A DNA stretch of 59,865 bases from a virus (Duplodnaviria > Caudoviricetes), in the IMG/VR virus record IMGVR_UViG_3300034196_000123, positions 1-59,865 of that record, one strand, 5' to 3'. Shown one piece after another: positions 1-9,322 of the stretch. The notes under the pieces are model-generated. The model was not told the DNA's origin, made no database searches, and was given only the letters and a program-made list of their open reading frames with translations. A program made the translations under genes and the position numbers. The stretch's first letter is position 1. Each line of letters opens with the position of its first letter.

Positions 1-168
1 GTCGAGACCCTGACCGGCTGGGTGGCTCGATGCGTCGGCAACGCCGACTACATCCGGGCGGTGCAGAAGCTGGTGGAGCAGCACCCCGGGATCGACATGC
101 CCGTCCCGGACCTGGTCGAGTCCTGCGGGTTCGCGATGCCCATGACCCCGGGGCCGTCCCGTGGCTGA
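1..168 (+). CDS. Partial hypothetical protein (5' end outside window)
   Basis: Frame 1 open from base 1 to TGA 166-168 with high GC3; overlaps the GTG of the next gene. Confidence 0.5.
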   Translation, partial: VETLTGWVARCVGNADYIRAVQKLVEQHPGIDMPVPDLVESCGFAMPMTPGPSRG

Positions 169-376
169 GCCACCCGACCCGCTGCTACAGGACCTCGTCG
201 GCTCAAGGGCGACCCTGGACCTGGTGCGCAGGGAGAACGAGCAGCTGCGCGCGCTGCTGGCCCAAGCGCTGCATCACGGCCGGCGGTGCTTCGACGAGGC
301 ACGCGAGGCGGACCGCCTCACCTCCCGCAAGGCCCTGCGGGCGACCGAGTTGGAAGCGAGGCGCATCGCGCAATGA
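161..376 (+). CDS. Hypothetical coiled-coil protein
   Basis: 71 aa ORF; ATGA overlap with next gene. Confidence 0.6.
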   Translation: MAEPPDPLLQDLVGSRATLDLVRRENEQLRALLAQALHHGRRCFDEAREADRLTSRKALRATELEARRIAQ

Positions 377-621
377 GGTACACCACCTACCGAGGGACCG
401 ACGCCGCCGGCGAGCAGGTCACCGACGTCGCCGAGCTGGACATCGACGCGATCGAGGACATGGAGCACATCCGGGCGCTCGCCGCCGACCTGGCGGAGCG
501 GACGGGCCTGACGGACGTGCAGCTGCTGCACGTCACGACGGAGCCGCCCCGCGAGGACGGTCCCAGTACGGGGGGCCAGCCCGGCGATCGGCCCGAAGGT
601 GCTGGGGCGGCGACTGATTAG
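373..621 (+). CDS. Hypothetical protein
   Basis: ATG at 373 in ATGA overlap; MRYTTYRGTDAAGEQ..., phage-like codon usage. Confidence 0.6.
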   Translation: MRYTTYRGTDAAGEQVTDVAELDIDAIEDMEHIRALAADLAERTGLTDVQLLHVTTEPPREDGPSTGGQPGDRPEGAGAATD

Positions 622-940
622 TCGCCGCCCCGCTCGCGCCAGTGTGTTCAGGCGGCGGCCGGCCATTCGGCGGCCGGCTCCTCGGCCGCCCACGGAGGCG
701 GTGGCTGCTCTTCCGCGTCTCGCAGGCAGCCCTCACAGCTCCACGCGGTCACATGCCAGATGTGAACGGTGATCTGCAGGCAGTGATCGCACTCAGCTTC
801 GTATGGCATGTCGGAACTCCCGGTCTCAGCGCCCCCTTCGTCAGGGACGTCGCTGAAGTCCTCGGCATCCCGATGGCAGAAACTCCGTTTCGCCTCACGC
901 CATGGTGACGAGAGGCCCCTGACCAGGGGAGACTGACCAG

Positions 941-1225
941 GTGACCCAGACGACGTCCCTAGTCGACGAGCCTCCGGCCGCCCACGCCCCGGCCGGCTTC
1001 CTTGCGGAGAGGCTCCGCGCTCGCCTGGCGTGGGCGAACCGGATGCTCGACGGCGAAGAGGGCAGCCCCGACGTCCGCGGGGTCGCGGCGTTCGCCCTGC
1101 ACGACGTCCCGGCGCAGCTGGGGCTGCTCGCGCAGGAGCCCCCGGACTGGGTGGTGCTGCAGCTGCTGCAGGCGTACCGGGACCACCGGCGGTTCCGCCC
1201 GGAGTGGCTGCTGCCCGACCGCTGA
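941..1225 (+). CDS. DUF6221-like protein
   Basis: GGGGAG RBS; C-terminus VLQLLQAYRDHRRFRPEW resembles the DUF6221 LRLLALPYADHPxYRxEW motif. Confidence 0.55.
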   Translation: MTQTTSLVDEPPAAHAPAGFLAERLRARLAWANRMLDGEEGSPDVRGVAAFALHDVPAQLGLLAQEPPDWVVLQLLQAYRDHRRFRPEWLLPDR

Positions 1226-1244
1226 CCGGGCCGGCGCTCGCCGG

Positions 1245-1688
1245 TCAGCTGGCCTTGGTCGACGAGCTGCTGCTGGACGAGCTGGACGACGAGCTGCTGG
1301 ACGAGCTGGACTGCGACGGCTTGCGCGTTGTGCTGCTGGTGGTCGGGGTGGTGAACCGCGTGACGGTCGACGTCTCGGTCACGTCCGGCGGCGTGACGTG
1401 CACTGTGGTTGTCGCCGTGACCTGCTTCTTGACCGTCACCGTTGTGCGTGCGGTGGGCCCTCCCGGGGCCTGCACCCACTGCACGTGCGTCCTGGTCGAC
1501 GTCGTGGTCGCCGTCGGTGCTGCGACGTCCGCGGCCTGGGCGACCTCGGTGGCGGTCACGCTCGGGCTCTCCGACGTCTGGGAGTCGGCGGGCAGCTCGG
1601 TGGGTGCCGCCTTCCCTCCGGTCGAGCACGCCGCGAGGGTCGCGGCGGTCACGACGATGAGGGCGAAGGTGCGGGGGCGGGGGAGCAT
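1245..1688 (-). CDS. Ser/Thr-rich lipoprotein
   Basis: GGAGG RBS before ATG 1688; signal peptide with lipobox LAAC; Thr-rich body and poly-Ser tail. Confidence 0.75.
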   Translation of the reverse strand: MLPRPRTFALIVVTAATLAACSTGGKAAPTELPADSQTSESPSVTATEVAQAADVAAPTATTTSTRTHVQWVQAPGGPTARTTVTVKKQVTATTTVHVTPPDVTETSTVTRFTTPTTSSTTRKPSQSSSSSSSSSSSSSSSSSTKAS

Positions 1689-1811
1689 CGATCCTCCAGA
1701 GTGATCGGCTGAGTGCACGCTGCCAGGCAACTGATGCGGATGGGTGACGATTGGTTCCCGTGACCCCCGCACGGGGGACAAGACACCGAGCAACCTCCGG
1801 GCCTGGACAGC

Positions 1812-1851
1812 ACGATGCCCCGCCACCGGTCACCCAGGGGCGGGGCATCGT
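1812..1851 (-). terminator. Intrinsic terminator-like hairpin
   Basis: 13-bp perfect inverted repeat ACGATGCCCCGCC/GGCGGGGCATCGT just downstream of the 1865-2281 gene. Confidence 0.65.
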
Positions 1852-1864
1852 CGCGTCGGCTCGG

Positions 1865-2281
1865 CTACTCGCCCGTCGCCGCCGTACCCGCGGAGCAGCG
1901 GGCGATGATCTCGTCGTTCATGCTGCGGCCGGCCGCGGCCGCGGCACGCTCCAGGTCGTCGCGCAGGGACTCGGGCAGGCGCAGCGGGAACCGCACGAGC
2001 TGTTCGCCGTGCTTGAGGGGCTGCCCCCGGCCGCGCCGCGGCGCAGGGCCGATGGCCTCCAGGGCTGCGGCGCGCTCGGCTCCCGGCTTGGTGGTGACGG
2101 GGCGGCCGGTGGCGGCGCGGGCCAGCTGCAGCCACAGCCGGGCCGTGGTCTCGGGCTCCACGTGGTCGGTGAGCACCGCGTCGAGAGCGGCGACGAGGGC
2201 GTGCGCTCGGGGGATCCGGTCCGCCTCGGGCAGGTCCCGGATGGCGGCGACCGCTCGGGACGCCTCGGTGAGGGTGGTCAC
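1865..2281 (-). CDS. Arc-like ribbon-helix-helix DNA-binding protein
   Basis: C-terminal VRFPLRLPESLRDDLERAAAAAGRSMNDEII matches the Arc/Mnt pattern. Confidence 0.8.
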   Translation of the reverse strand: MTTLTEASRAVAAIRDLPEADRIPRAHALVAALDAVLTDHVEPETTARLWLQLARAATGRPVTTKPGAERAAALEAIGPAPRRGRGQPLKHGEQLVRFPLRLPESLRDDLERAAAAAGRSMNDEIIARCSAGTAATGE

Positions 2282-2622
2282 GAGACGAACCGTCCGGCGC
2301 CCTCGCAGACCTCCCAGAACTTCACGTGGATCACGGGGCGGCCGGTGGTGCGCCGCAGCGCGCCCATCGCCAGGCCGACCTCGCGGCCGGCCAGGTCGCC
2401 GTCGCTGGTGACGTAGGTGGCGCCGGGGGTGGAGGCGGTCGCCGGCGTGTGGCGGGTCTCGGCGACGATCACGCCCTTGTCGGTGACGATGCAGCCGCGG
2501 CGGGAGTCGCCGATCTCGCGGGCCTGCTCGGCCCAGGTGGCGAGGGGCCCGCTGTTGTCGGGGTTGCCCCCGGCCTTGGCGAAGGCCGCGCGGGCCTTGT
2601 CGACGAAGTATCCGCTGGTCAT
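2278..2622 (-). CDS. Hypothetical protein
   Basis: GGGAG RBS; GTGA overlap with the Arc gene. Confidence 0.7.
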   Translation of the reverse strand: MTSGYFVDKARAAFAKAGGNPDNSGPLATWAEQAREIGDSRRGCIVTDKGVIVAETRHTPATASTPGATYVTSDGDLAGREVGLAMGALRRTTGRPVIHVKFWEVCEGAGRFVS

Positions 2623-2662
2623 GGCTGCTCCCTGACGACGTCCCGATTTCCTGACATCACGT

Positions 2663-2692
2663 ATTTAACCCCTCCCCATTATGTGGTGTCAA
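2663..2692 (-). promoter_or_regulatory. Candidate sigma70-type promoter for the leftward accessory genes
   Basis: Minus strand TTGACA-N18-TTAAAT in an AT-rich patch; -10 imperfect. Confidence 0.45.
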
Positions 2693-2798
2693 GTATTCGC
2701 GTGGAGGGGCACCGGCTCGCCACCCCTGATCCACACCCCCCCGGGCGCTACCCTGTGCCCGGGGTCGGGTCCGTATCACTGCGGACCTGGAGGCAGGC

Positions 2799-5093
2799 GT
2801 GTCGGCATCCGACGCCCCGACCACGGAACTGGGTGCCCTCGGCGGCGACGTCTGGTCGCACTGGCAGGGCGTCTGGGACCCCACCGAGCACGTCCCCGCG
2901 CTCGCCTGGCCGACCAGCACGCTGACCTACGCCAAGATGCGCCGCGACCCCGTGCTGGCCAGCGTGCTCGCGGCGTACGTGACGCCGATCGTCGAGGCCC
3001 GCTGGGCGATCGACCCGCGCGGCGCGTCCGCGAAGATGACCAAGCTGTGCGCTGATTCCCTCGGCCTGCCGATCCTGGGGAAGGACGACAAGCCCGGCCC
3101 GGTCCGCCGCCGCGGCGTCCAGTGGCTCACGTACCTCCGCCTCGCCGTCGCCGGGAAGCTCACCTGGGGGCACATGCCCTTCGAGCCCGTCTACGAGATC
3201 CGGGACGGCGCCGCGGTGCTCGCGTCTCTCGACGAGCGGCTCCCGCCCAGCATCACCGAGATCGAAGTCGACGACGTCGGCCGGCTCTCGGGGATCTGGC
3301 AGAACGTCTCCGCGAAGAACCCCCGCGGCGCCCACATCCCCGCCGACCGGCTGCTGTGGCACGACTACCAGCGGGAAGGCGCGATGTGGCAGGGGAACAG
3401 CCTGCTCCGCCCCGCCTACGCCCCCTGGCTGATCAAGCAGGACATCCTGCGGGTCACCGCCACCAGCCACCGCCGGTGGGGCGCCGGCGTGCCCGTCGCG
3501 AAGCCGCGGCCCGGCACGCAGCCCACCGAGGCGCAGATGCGCTCGGCGCAGGCCATGGCGTCCGCCGCCCGGGCGGGGGAGACCGCCGGTGCCGTCGCGC
3601 CGCCCGACTTCGACCTGGCGATCCTCGGCATCCAGGGCACCATGCCCGACGGGCCCGCGTTCCTGCGGTACCTGGACGAGCAGATGGGCCGGATGGCCTT
3701 GTCGTCCGTCCTCGACCTCGGGTCGACGTCGAACGGGTCCCGCGCGCTCGGCAGCGTGTTCGCCGACCTGCTCACCGGTGCCGTGCGCTCGCTGGCCCGG
3801 GAGACCGCCGAGCTGTCCACCCAGCTGTGCGTCCGCCTGGTCGACTTCAACGCGGGTGAGGACGCGCTGGTCCCCGCTGTCGTCGCCGCCGACGTCGGGA
3901 CGTCACGGCAGCAGATCGCGCAGGTCATCACCGACATGATCAGCAAGGGTGCGATCACCGCGGACGAAGACCTGGAGGCGTGGATCCGGCAGGCGTTCGA
4001 CCTGCCCAAGATGGTCGAGAAGGCCCCCGCGCTCCCCGGGCCGCCGGTACCGCCCAACCCCGCCGACCCCACGGACCCTCCCGACCCGGCCGCCGGCGAC
4101 CCCACCGCGGACCCGACCACCGACCCGGCCGGTACGCCGCCGCCCGCCAAGGCCCCCGCGAAGACCGCGAAGGCCCCCGCACCGGTCAAGGCCTCGGCCG
4201 CGCCGCGGCGGCCGGCCAGCATCGCGCTCGCCCACGGCCGCGCTCGCCTCGCCACCGCACGCCCCCACGCCGTCCGCGCCGCAGCCGCAGCCCCAGCACC
4301 CCGGGAACTGACCCCCGAAGAGGAAGCCGCCGGCGTCGACCCGCAGGCCCAGAACGACGCCCAGGCCGCCGTCCTCGCCGTCCTGCTCGCCGCATGGCTG
4401 GCCATCCGCGACGACCAGGAAACCAGCCTCATCGCGCAGATCCGCGCCGCCACCACCCTCACCGACCTCACCACCCTCACCATCGACACCCAGGACGCCG
4501 CCGACGTCCTCGGCGCCGCGATGCTCGAGGCCGCCGACCACGGCACGCAGCTGGCGCTCCTGGAGGCCGCGCACCAGGACGTCGACATCACCCCGGCCGT
4601 CGTCGACGTCGACGTCGTGCAGGCCCGCGCTGATGCGCTCGCCGCGGTGATGGGGCAGGGCACCGCGACCGCTGCAGTGCGTGAGGCGGTGCGGCTCGCT
4701 GGGGACGGCGCCGACATGGCGGTCGTCGCGGCCGGGGTGGAGGAGTTCCTCGCCCAGCAGACCGGCGCCGGTGGTGCGGGGGTCGACACGCAGCTGGCGG
4801 GGGCGGTGCACACCGGGATCAGCCTCGGCCGCGCCGCGGTCCTGTCCCGCGCGCCGACCACCGCGGTGTTCTTCGCCTCGGAGATCCTCGACACGGCGAC
4901 GTGCCGGCAGAAGCCGGGGGACCCGATCCCTCGGTGCTGGGAGATCGACGGCCACCAGTACCCGACCTGGGAGGCCGCCGTCGGCGACTACCCGACCGGC
5001 CAGTACTGGGCGTGCCTCGGCCGCCAACGATGCCGCGGCCTCATCTTCGCGTCGTACATGGGCCCGGCCACCGACCCGACCGCGGGAGCGTGA
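2799..5093 (+). CDS. Portal protein (DUF935/Mu gp29-like) fused to MuF-like minor head domain
   Basis: N-terminal ~400 aa with GNSLLRPAYAPWLIK and WGAGVPV portal motifs; Pro-rich linker; Cys-containing C-terminus (EILDTATC...CLGRQRCRG); first gene of the head cluster. Confidence 0.8.
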   Translation: MSASDAPTTELGALGGDVWSHWQGVWDPTEHVPALAWPTSTLTYAKMRRDPVLASVLAAYVTPIVEARWAIDPRGASAKMTKLCADSLGLPILGKDDKPGPVRRRGVQWLTYLRLAVAGKLTWGHMPFEPVYEIRDGAAVLASLDERLPPSITEIEVDDVGRLSGIWQNVSAKNPRGAHIPADRLLWHDYQREGAMWQGNSLLRPAYAPWLIKQDILRVTATSHRRWGAGVPVAKPRPGTQPTEAQMRSAQAMASAARAGETAGAVAPPDFDLAILGIQGTMPDGPAFLRYLDEQMGRMALSSVLDLGSTSNGSRALGSVFADLLTGAVRSLARETAELSTQLCVRLVDFNAGEDALVPAVVAADVGTSRQQIAQVITDMISKGAITADEDLEAWIRQAFDLPKMVEKAPALPGPPVPPNPADPTDPPDPAAGDPTADPTTDPAGTPPPAKAPAKTAKAPAPVKASAAPRRPASIALAHGRARLATARPHAVRAAAAAPAPRELTPEEEAAGVDPQAQNDAQAAVLAVLLAAWLAIRDDQETSLIAQIRAATTLTDLTTLTIDTQDAADVLGAAMLEAADHGTQLALLEAAHQDVDITPAVVDVDVVQARADALAAVMGQGTATAAVREAVRLAGDGADMAVVAAGVEEFLAQQTGAGGAGVDTQLAGAVHTGISLGRAAVLSRAPTTAVFFASEILDTATCRQKPGDPIPRCWEIDGHQYPTWEAAVGDYPTGQYWACLGRQRCRGLIFASYMGPATDPTAGA

Positions 5094-5095
5094 GC

Positions 5096-6556
5096 ATGAG
5101 CGCACTGGTCACCATCGAGGCGGTGCCGATCGCGAAGGTCGGGACGTGGCGGGCCTCCACCGGCGAGGTGGAGCTGACCACGGCCCACTTCGAGGACGCC
5201 GTCCGGGCCCAGCACGACCCGGTGTTCCGGTGGGGCGTCATCAAGCTCGGCCACGACGACCCTCGCTTCAACGGCCCGGACGGCGACGGGGAGCCGGCGG
5301 TCGGCCAGGTCGTGAACCTGCGGGTCACCCCGGACGGGCAGACGCTGCTCGCCGACCTCGTGGGTGTCCCCGCCTGGCTCGCCACGATCATGGCGTCCGC
5401 GTACCCGTCCCGGTCGATGGAGGCCGATCTCGGCGTCCAGACCACCAGCGGCGCCACCTACTCGATGGTCGTGACCGGCCTCGCGCTGCTTGGTGTCGCC
5501 CGGCCCGCGATCGAGTCCCTCGGCGACATCGCCCAGCTGTACCAGGTCCCCACGGACGTCGGGTCCTGGACGTCGGCCGCCACGGTGGCGGCCTCTCTCC
5601 CGATGGAGGTCACCGTGCCGCAGCGCCGGCTCGGGCAGGTCGTCCTGTCCGCGAGCATCGACGAGCTGGTCACCGCGGCCGAGTCGTGGGCCCGCGACCA
5701 GCCCACCCTCGGTGACGCCTACATCCGCGACGTCTACACCGACTATCTGGTGATGTCAGTGTGGCTAGCGGGCGGCGAGAACCGCCTCTACCGCGTCGAC
5801 TGGTCCGAGAGCACCGACGGAACCTTCGCGTTCGGCACGCCGGTGCGCGTTCGGCAGACGTACGAGGCGATCCCGGAGGCCACCACGAGCGTCGCCGCGT
5901 CCGCAGCCATGGGCCTGCTCGCTTGCGACGTTATGGCCCGTCGCTACCACGATGAGCGGTCCGAGGCGGTACTCTCGCGGCGGGGTCGGGATGTGACCAC
6001 CACCGGTGCACATCCTGAGGAGACGCACGTGCCACTTCCGTCCGCCATCGCGGCGGCCCTGGGGTTGGCGGACGACGTGGACGACGCGACGGCCCTGGCG
6101 GCCATCGAGGCGCTGCGAACCGCACCCACGCCGCCCACCGAGCCGGAGGGCGGCACGCCGCCCGCCCCGACCATCCAGACCACGCCGGCCCCCGTCGCCG
6201 ACGTCCAGGCCCTCGTGCAGCAGCAGGTCGCCGCCGCGCTCGGCCCGGTCATGGCGACCGTCCGGGAGCAGTCCACCGAGCTGGCCACCCTCCGTCAGGA
6301 GCGCGCCACCTCCACCCGGGACACGGTCATCCAGGCCGCCCTCAACCGTGGCGCCATCGCCCCGGCCGCAGCCGAGACGTGGCGCAAGCGGTACGACGAG
6401 CACCCGGGCATCACCACCGAGCTGCTCGCCGAGAAGGCCGACGGCGAGGCGGTCCCGCTGCGCGCGTCCGGGCACCTCGGTGAGATCCCCGACTCCACGG
6501 TCGACGCCGAGTGGGCGAAGGTCGCGGCGTCGCTGGGGGTGATCCAGGGTGGCTGA
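5096..6556 (+). CDS. Capsid maturation protease (Mu gpI-like) with C-terminal scaffold
   Basis: PIAKVGTW, KLGHDD, GEPAVG, YPSRSME, LALLGVARPAI motifs; helical C-terminus; between portal and capsid. Confidence 0.8.
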   Translation: MSALVTIEAVPIAKVGTWRASTGEVELTTAHFEDAVRAQHDPVFRWGVIKLGHDDPRFNGPDGDGEPAVGQVVNLRVTPDGQTLLADLVGVPAWLATIMASAYPSRSMEADLGVQTTSGATYSMVVTGLALLGVARPAIESLGDIAQLYQVPTDVGSWTSAATVAASLPMEVTVPQRRLGQVVLSASIDELVTAAESWARDQPTLGDAYIRDVYTDYLVMSVWLAGGENRLYRVDWSESTDGTFAFGTPVRVRQTYEAIPEATTSVAASAAMGLLACDVMARRYHDERSEAVLSRRGRDVTTTGAHPEETHVPLPSAIAAALGLADDVDDATALAAIEALRTAPTPPTEPEGGTPPAPTIQTTPAPVADVQALVQQQVAAALGPVMATVREQSTELATLRQERATSTRDTVIQAALNRGAIAPAAAETWRKRYDEHPGITTELLAEKADGEAVPLRASGHLGEIPDSTVDAEWAKVAASLGVIQGG

Positions 6557-6944
6557 CTACGCACCGATTCTGGAGGGCACCCCGCCGGCGACGTACACCG
6601 TCGGCGCGACCGCCGTCACCGGCGGCGACGCCGTCTACCTGTCGGCCACCGCGGGCAGCAACAGCAACGGCACCGTGCTGACGACCACCGCGGCGACCGT
6701 CGCGTTCGTCGGGGTCGCAGCCCATGACGCCGCGATCGGCGCCCGCGTGACCGTCCTGTCGGGCGGCATCCAGGAGATGACCTCCGGCGGCTCGATCACG
6801 TTCGGGACCAGCGTGAAGACCGGCGCCAGCGGCCGGGTCGTCACGTGGGTGTCCGGCACCGACGCCGCGGACCTGGCCATCGGACTCGCTCTCACGGGCA
6901 CGGGTGCCGCCGGCAACCCCGTCCGCGTGAAGCTCTACCGCTGA
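6549..6944 (+). CDS. Head decoration/capsid cement protein (DUF2190-like)
   Basis: 131 aa Gly/Thr/Ala-rich beta protein (FVGVAAHDAA, IGLAL) just upstream of the capsid gene. Confidence 0.75.
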   Translation: MADYAPILEGTPPATYTVGATAVTGGDAVYLSATAGSNSNGTVLTTTAATVAFVGVAAHDAAIGARVTVLSGGIQEMTSGGSITFGTSVKTGASGRVVTWVSGTDAADLAIGLALTGTGAAGNPVRVKLYR

Positions 6945-6960
6945 AAGGGCGGGCTGACAC

Positions 6961-7884
6961 ATGCCGTACATCTACCCGCCCGCCCAGGGCACCCTCACCG
7001 GCGATGTCTACTCCGCCAGCCGGTTCCTGGAGCAGCCCACGCTCGTGCAGCGTGCGCTCCGCTCGATGACCGCGCAGCGGTTCATCGCCGACGCATTGCT
7101 CGCCGGCCGCGTCCAGGCCAGCGGCGGCGGCATCCTCTACGAGGTCTCCGAGGGCCTCTACACCTCCCGCACGCCGGAGGGTGTGGCCCCGGGGTCGAAG
7201 TACCCGCAGGCCACCGCCACCACCGGTGCGGCCGCGCTCGCGGCGGTCACCAAGTGGGGCCAGGCGATCCCGATCACCGACGAAGAGATCTCCCGGGCGC
7301 CGGGGATCGACACGGCCCGCAAGGCGCTGCTGAAGCTGGTCAACCAGCTCGTCAAGACCATCGACGGGATCTTCCTCGCGGCGCTCGGCGCGGCGATCAC
7401 GCAGACCCAGGCGGTGAACGGCACCGCGTGGAACGGCGCGACCCCGCAGATGCTGCTCGACATCAACCTGGCCAAGGCGAAGATCATCACGCTGAACCAG
7501 GGGTACGACCCCGACACGATCGTCCTCGACGACATCCGGTACGCCGAGGTCACATCCAACAAGGACCTGCTGGCCGGCCTGACGCGCGAGCAGATGTCCG
7601 CACCGACCGCCTCCGGAGAGATCGTGAAGCTCTCGGCGTGCCGGATCCTGCCGACCCCGAACCTCCCCGCCGGGGTCAACGCCATGGTCGTCGACTCCCA
7701 GATGCTCGGCTCGGTCGGCTACGAACGGATCCAGAGCCCCGGCTACCAGGGCGACCCGGCGAACGGGGTCGAGTCGAAGCTCATCCGCAAGGACGACGAG
7801 GACCGGTGGCTCATCCAGGGCCGTCGTCCCGTCGTGCCCGTCGTCCAGGAGCCGGGCGCCGGCTGCGTCATCACCGGCACCTGA
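6961..7884 (+). CDS. Major capsid protein
   Basis: 307 aa; EGVAPGSKYP, KWGQAIPITDE, GYDPDTIVL; position in head cluster; followed by terminator. Confidence 0.9.
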   Translation: MPYIYPPAQGTLTGDVYSASRFLEQPTLVQRALRSMTAQRFIADALLAGRVQASGGGILYEVSEGLYTSRTPEGVAPGSKYPQATATTGAAALAAVTKWGQAIPITDEEISRAPGIDTARKALLKLVNQLVKTIDGIFLAALGAAITQTQAVNGTAWNGATPQMLLDINLAKAKIITLNQGYDPDTIVLDDIRYAEVTSNKDLLAGLTREQMSAPTASGEIVKLSACRILPTPNLPAGVNAMVVDSQMLGSVGYERIQSPGYQGDPANGVESKLIRKDDEDRWLIQGRRPVVPVVQEPGAGCVITGT

Positions 7885-7891
7885 CCGAGCC

Positions 7892-7930
7892 CGGGTGCGG
7901 GTCCCCTCCCCGAGCGGGGACCCGCACCCG
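7892..7930 (+). terminator. Terminator hairpin after major capsid gene
   Basis: 15-bp perfect inverted repeat CGGGTGCGGGTCCCC/GGGGACCCGCACCCG. Confidence 0.7.
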
Positions 7931-7967
7931 CCCACCCGGCACCGACACGACCCGAGACGAGGACCCG

Positions 7968-8279
7968 ATGGCAGCAGGAGCACGTACCGCGGCCGCCGCG
8001 ACGCCGCCGGCGCCGCCCGCAGACGACCAGAACCCGCCGGCCCCGACCGACGAGCAGGCCGCCCCCGAGGCACCCGAGGCGGTCGAGGCCCCGACCCACT
8101 TCAACGCCTACCCCGCCCGGATCGCGGTCACGCTCGCACTGAAGGACGGCGAGGACCCGAACGCGGAGCGGACCCGCGTCATCGTCCCGCCCGGCCGCGA
8201 CATCCCCGCGGACGTCGACCCGGTGGCGCTGGCCGACCTGATCGCCATCGGCTACGCGAAGGCCAAGGCGGCCTCCTGA
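7968..8279 (+). CDS. Hypothetical head-associated protein
   Basis: GAGGA RBS, ATG 7968; Pro/Ala-rich N-terminus. Confidence 0.65.
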   Translation: MAAGARTAAAATPPAPPADDQNPPAPTDEQAAPEAPEAVEAPTHFNAYPARIAVTLALKDGEDPNAERTRVIVPPGRDIPADVDPVALADLIAIGYAKAKAAS

Positions 8280-8393
8280 TCGTCCCGCCCGGGGGTCTGT
8301 GACGCGACCCCGACCCCAAGTCCTGGACTTGCCGAGCTGGTCCCCGGGCGGGACCCCACCACCATCCACCTCGATCCCGCAGAGGGAGACCCG

Positions 8394-8747
8394 GTGTACC
8401 TGTTCCTCGGCACACGACGTGCCTTCAACGACCCCTCCCAGCACGAGGACGGCACCGCGAAGACCCTCGACGAGCGGGACATCCTCGACATGAAGAGCCG
8501 CGTCGAGATCACGTTCCCGGCCGGAGTCCCGTTCTCCGAGGCGTTCGTGACCGTGACGTCACCGACCGGGGTGTGGGCGAACCAGTCCCCGGACGCCGCG
8601 CCCGCCTGGGTGGCGTCCGACGACGAGGACCTGGCCCGCCTGGTGTCCCGCCACTTCGGCGGCATCCAGGTCCGGGACCCGCTGCCCGCGGGGGAGCGGG
8701 ACGAGCACGCCGGCCGCGCCCACCACTTCGAGAGCCTGGAGGGCTGA
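8394..8747 (+). CDS. Hypothetical protein
   Basis: GGGAG RBS; 117 aa, high GC3. Confidence 0.7.
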   Translation: MYLFLGTRRAFNDPSQHEDGTAKTLDERDILDMKSRVEITFPAGVPFSEAFVTVTSPTGVWANQSPDAAPAWVASDDEDLARLVSRHFGGIQVRDPLPAGERDEHAGRAHHFESLEG

Positions 8748-8750
8748 GCC

Positions 8751-9140
8751 GTGAAGACGTCGGGCGGGATCGACTTCGTCAGCGCGCAGGTGTCCGGTGC
8801 CGGTGGCACCGCGACGGCCGCGTACATGGGCCTCACGGCGAACTCGGCGGCGCCGGCCGCCGGCGACACGACCCTCGCCGGAGAGATCGCCACCGCGGGT
8901 GGTGGGCTGATCCGGGCGCTCGCCACCTACGCCCACACCGCGGGTACCGCGACCTACACGCTGTCGAAGACGTTCACCGCGAACGGGAACGACAGCTTGC
9001 CGGTGACGATCGCGAAGCAGGGCATCTTCACCGCCGTCACGGTCGGCACGCTGGTCTACGAGACCCTGCTCTCCGCCACGGCCACCCTGACCGCCGTCGG
9101 TGACGCGATCACGGTCACCGACACCGTCACGATCTCCTGA
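8751..9140 (+). CDS. Virion structural protein (fibre-base-like)
   Basis: Thr/Gly/Ala-rich; YMGLT..AAGDTTLAGEI and GIFTAVTVGTL resemble fibre attachment domains. Confidence 0.6.
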   Translation: MKTSGGIDFVSAQVSGAGGTATAAYMGLTANSAAPAAGDTTLAGEIATAGGGLIRALATYAHTAGTATYTLSKTFTANGNDSLPVTIAKQGIFTAVTVGTLVYETLLSATATLTAVGDAITVTDTVTIS

Positions 9141-9151
9141 GGGCGGCGGTC

Positions 9152-9322
9152 ATGGAGGAGATCCTCGCGGCGCTCGCCGAGGTCGGGCGGCGCCTGGACG
9201 AGCAGTTCGCCCAGAGCAACCCGGATCGTCTCGCGCAGACGACCGCGCACCTGGCGACGGTCCGGATGTGCGTCGAGGCGCTGTTCACCGAGACCCCGTA
9301 CCGCCCCGACGAGGAGGGCTGA
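9152..9322 (+). CDS. Small hypothetical protein (56 aa, not in ORF track)
   Basis: ATG 9152 MEEILAALAEV...PDEEG; stop overlaps next ATG (TGATG). Confidence 0.6.
   Translation: MEEILAALAEVGRRLDEQFAQSNPDRLAQTTAHLATVRMCVEALFTETPYRPDEEG

Noticed and set aside
642-908. 88-aa ORF in a lower-GC patch
   Set aside because: No clear RBS, atypical codon usage, no recognisable motif; left uncalled
1260-1312. GACGAGCTG tandem repeats
   Set aside because: Explained by the poly-Ser tail of the minus-strand lipoprotein
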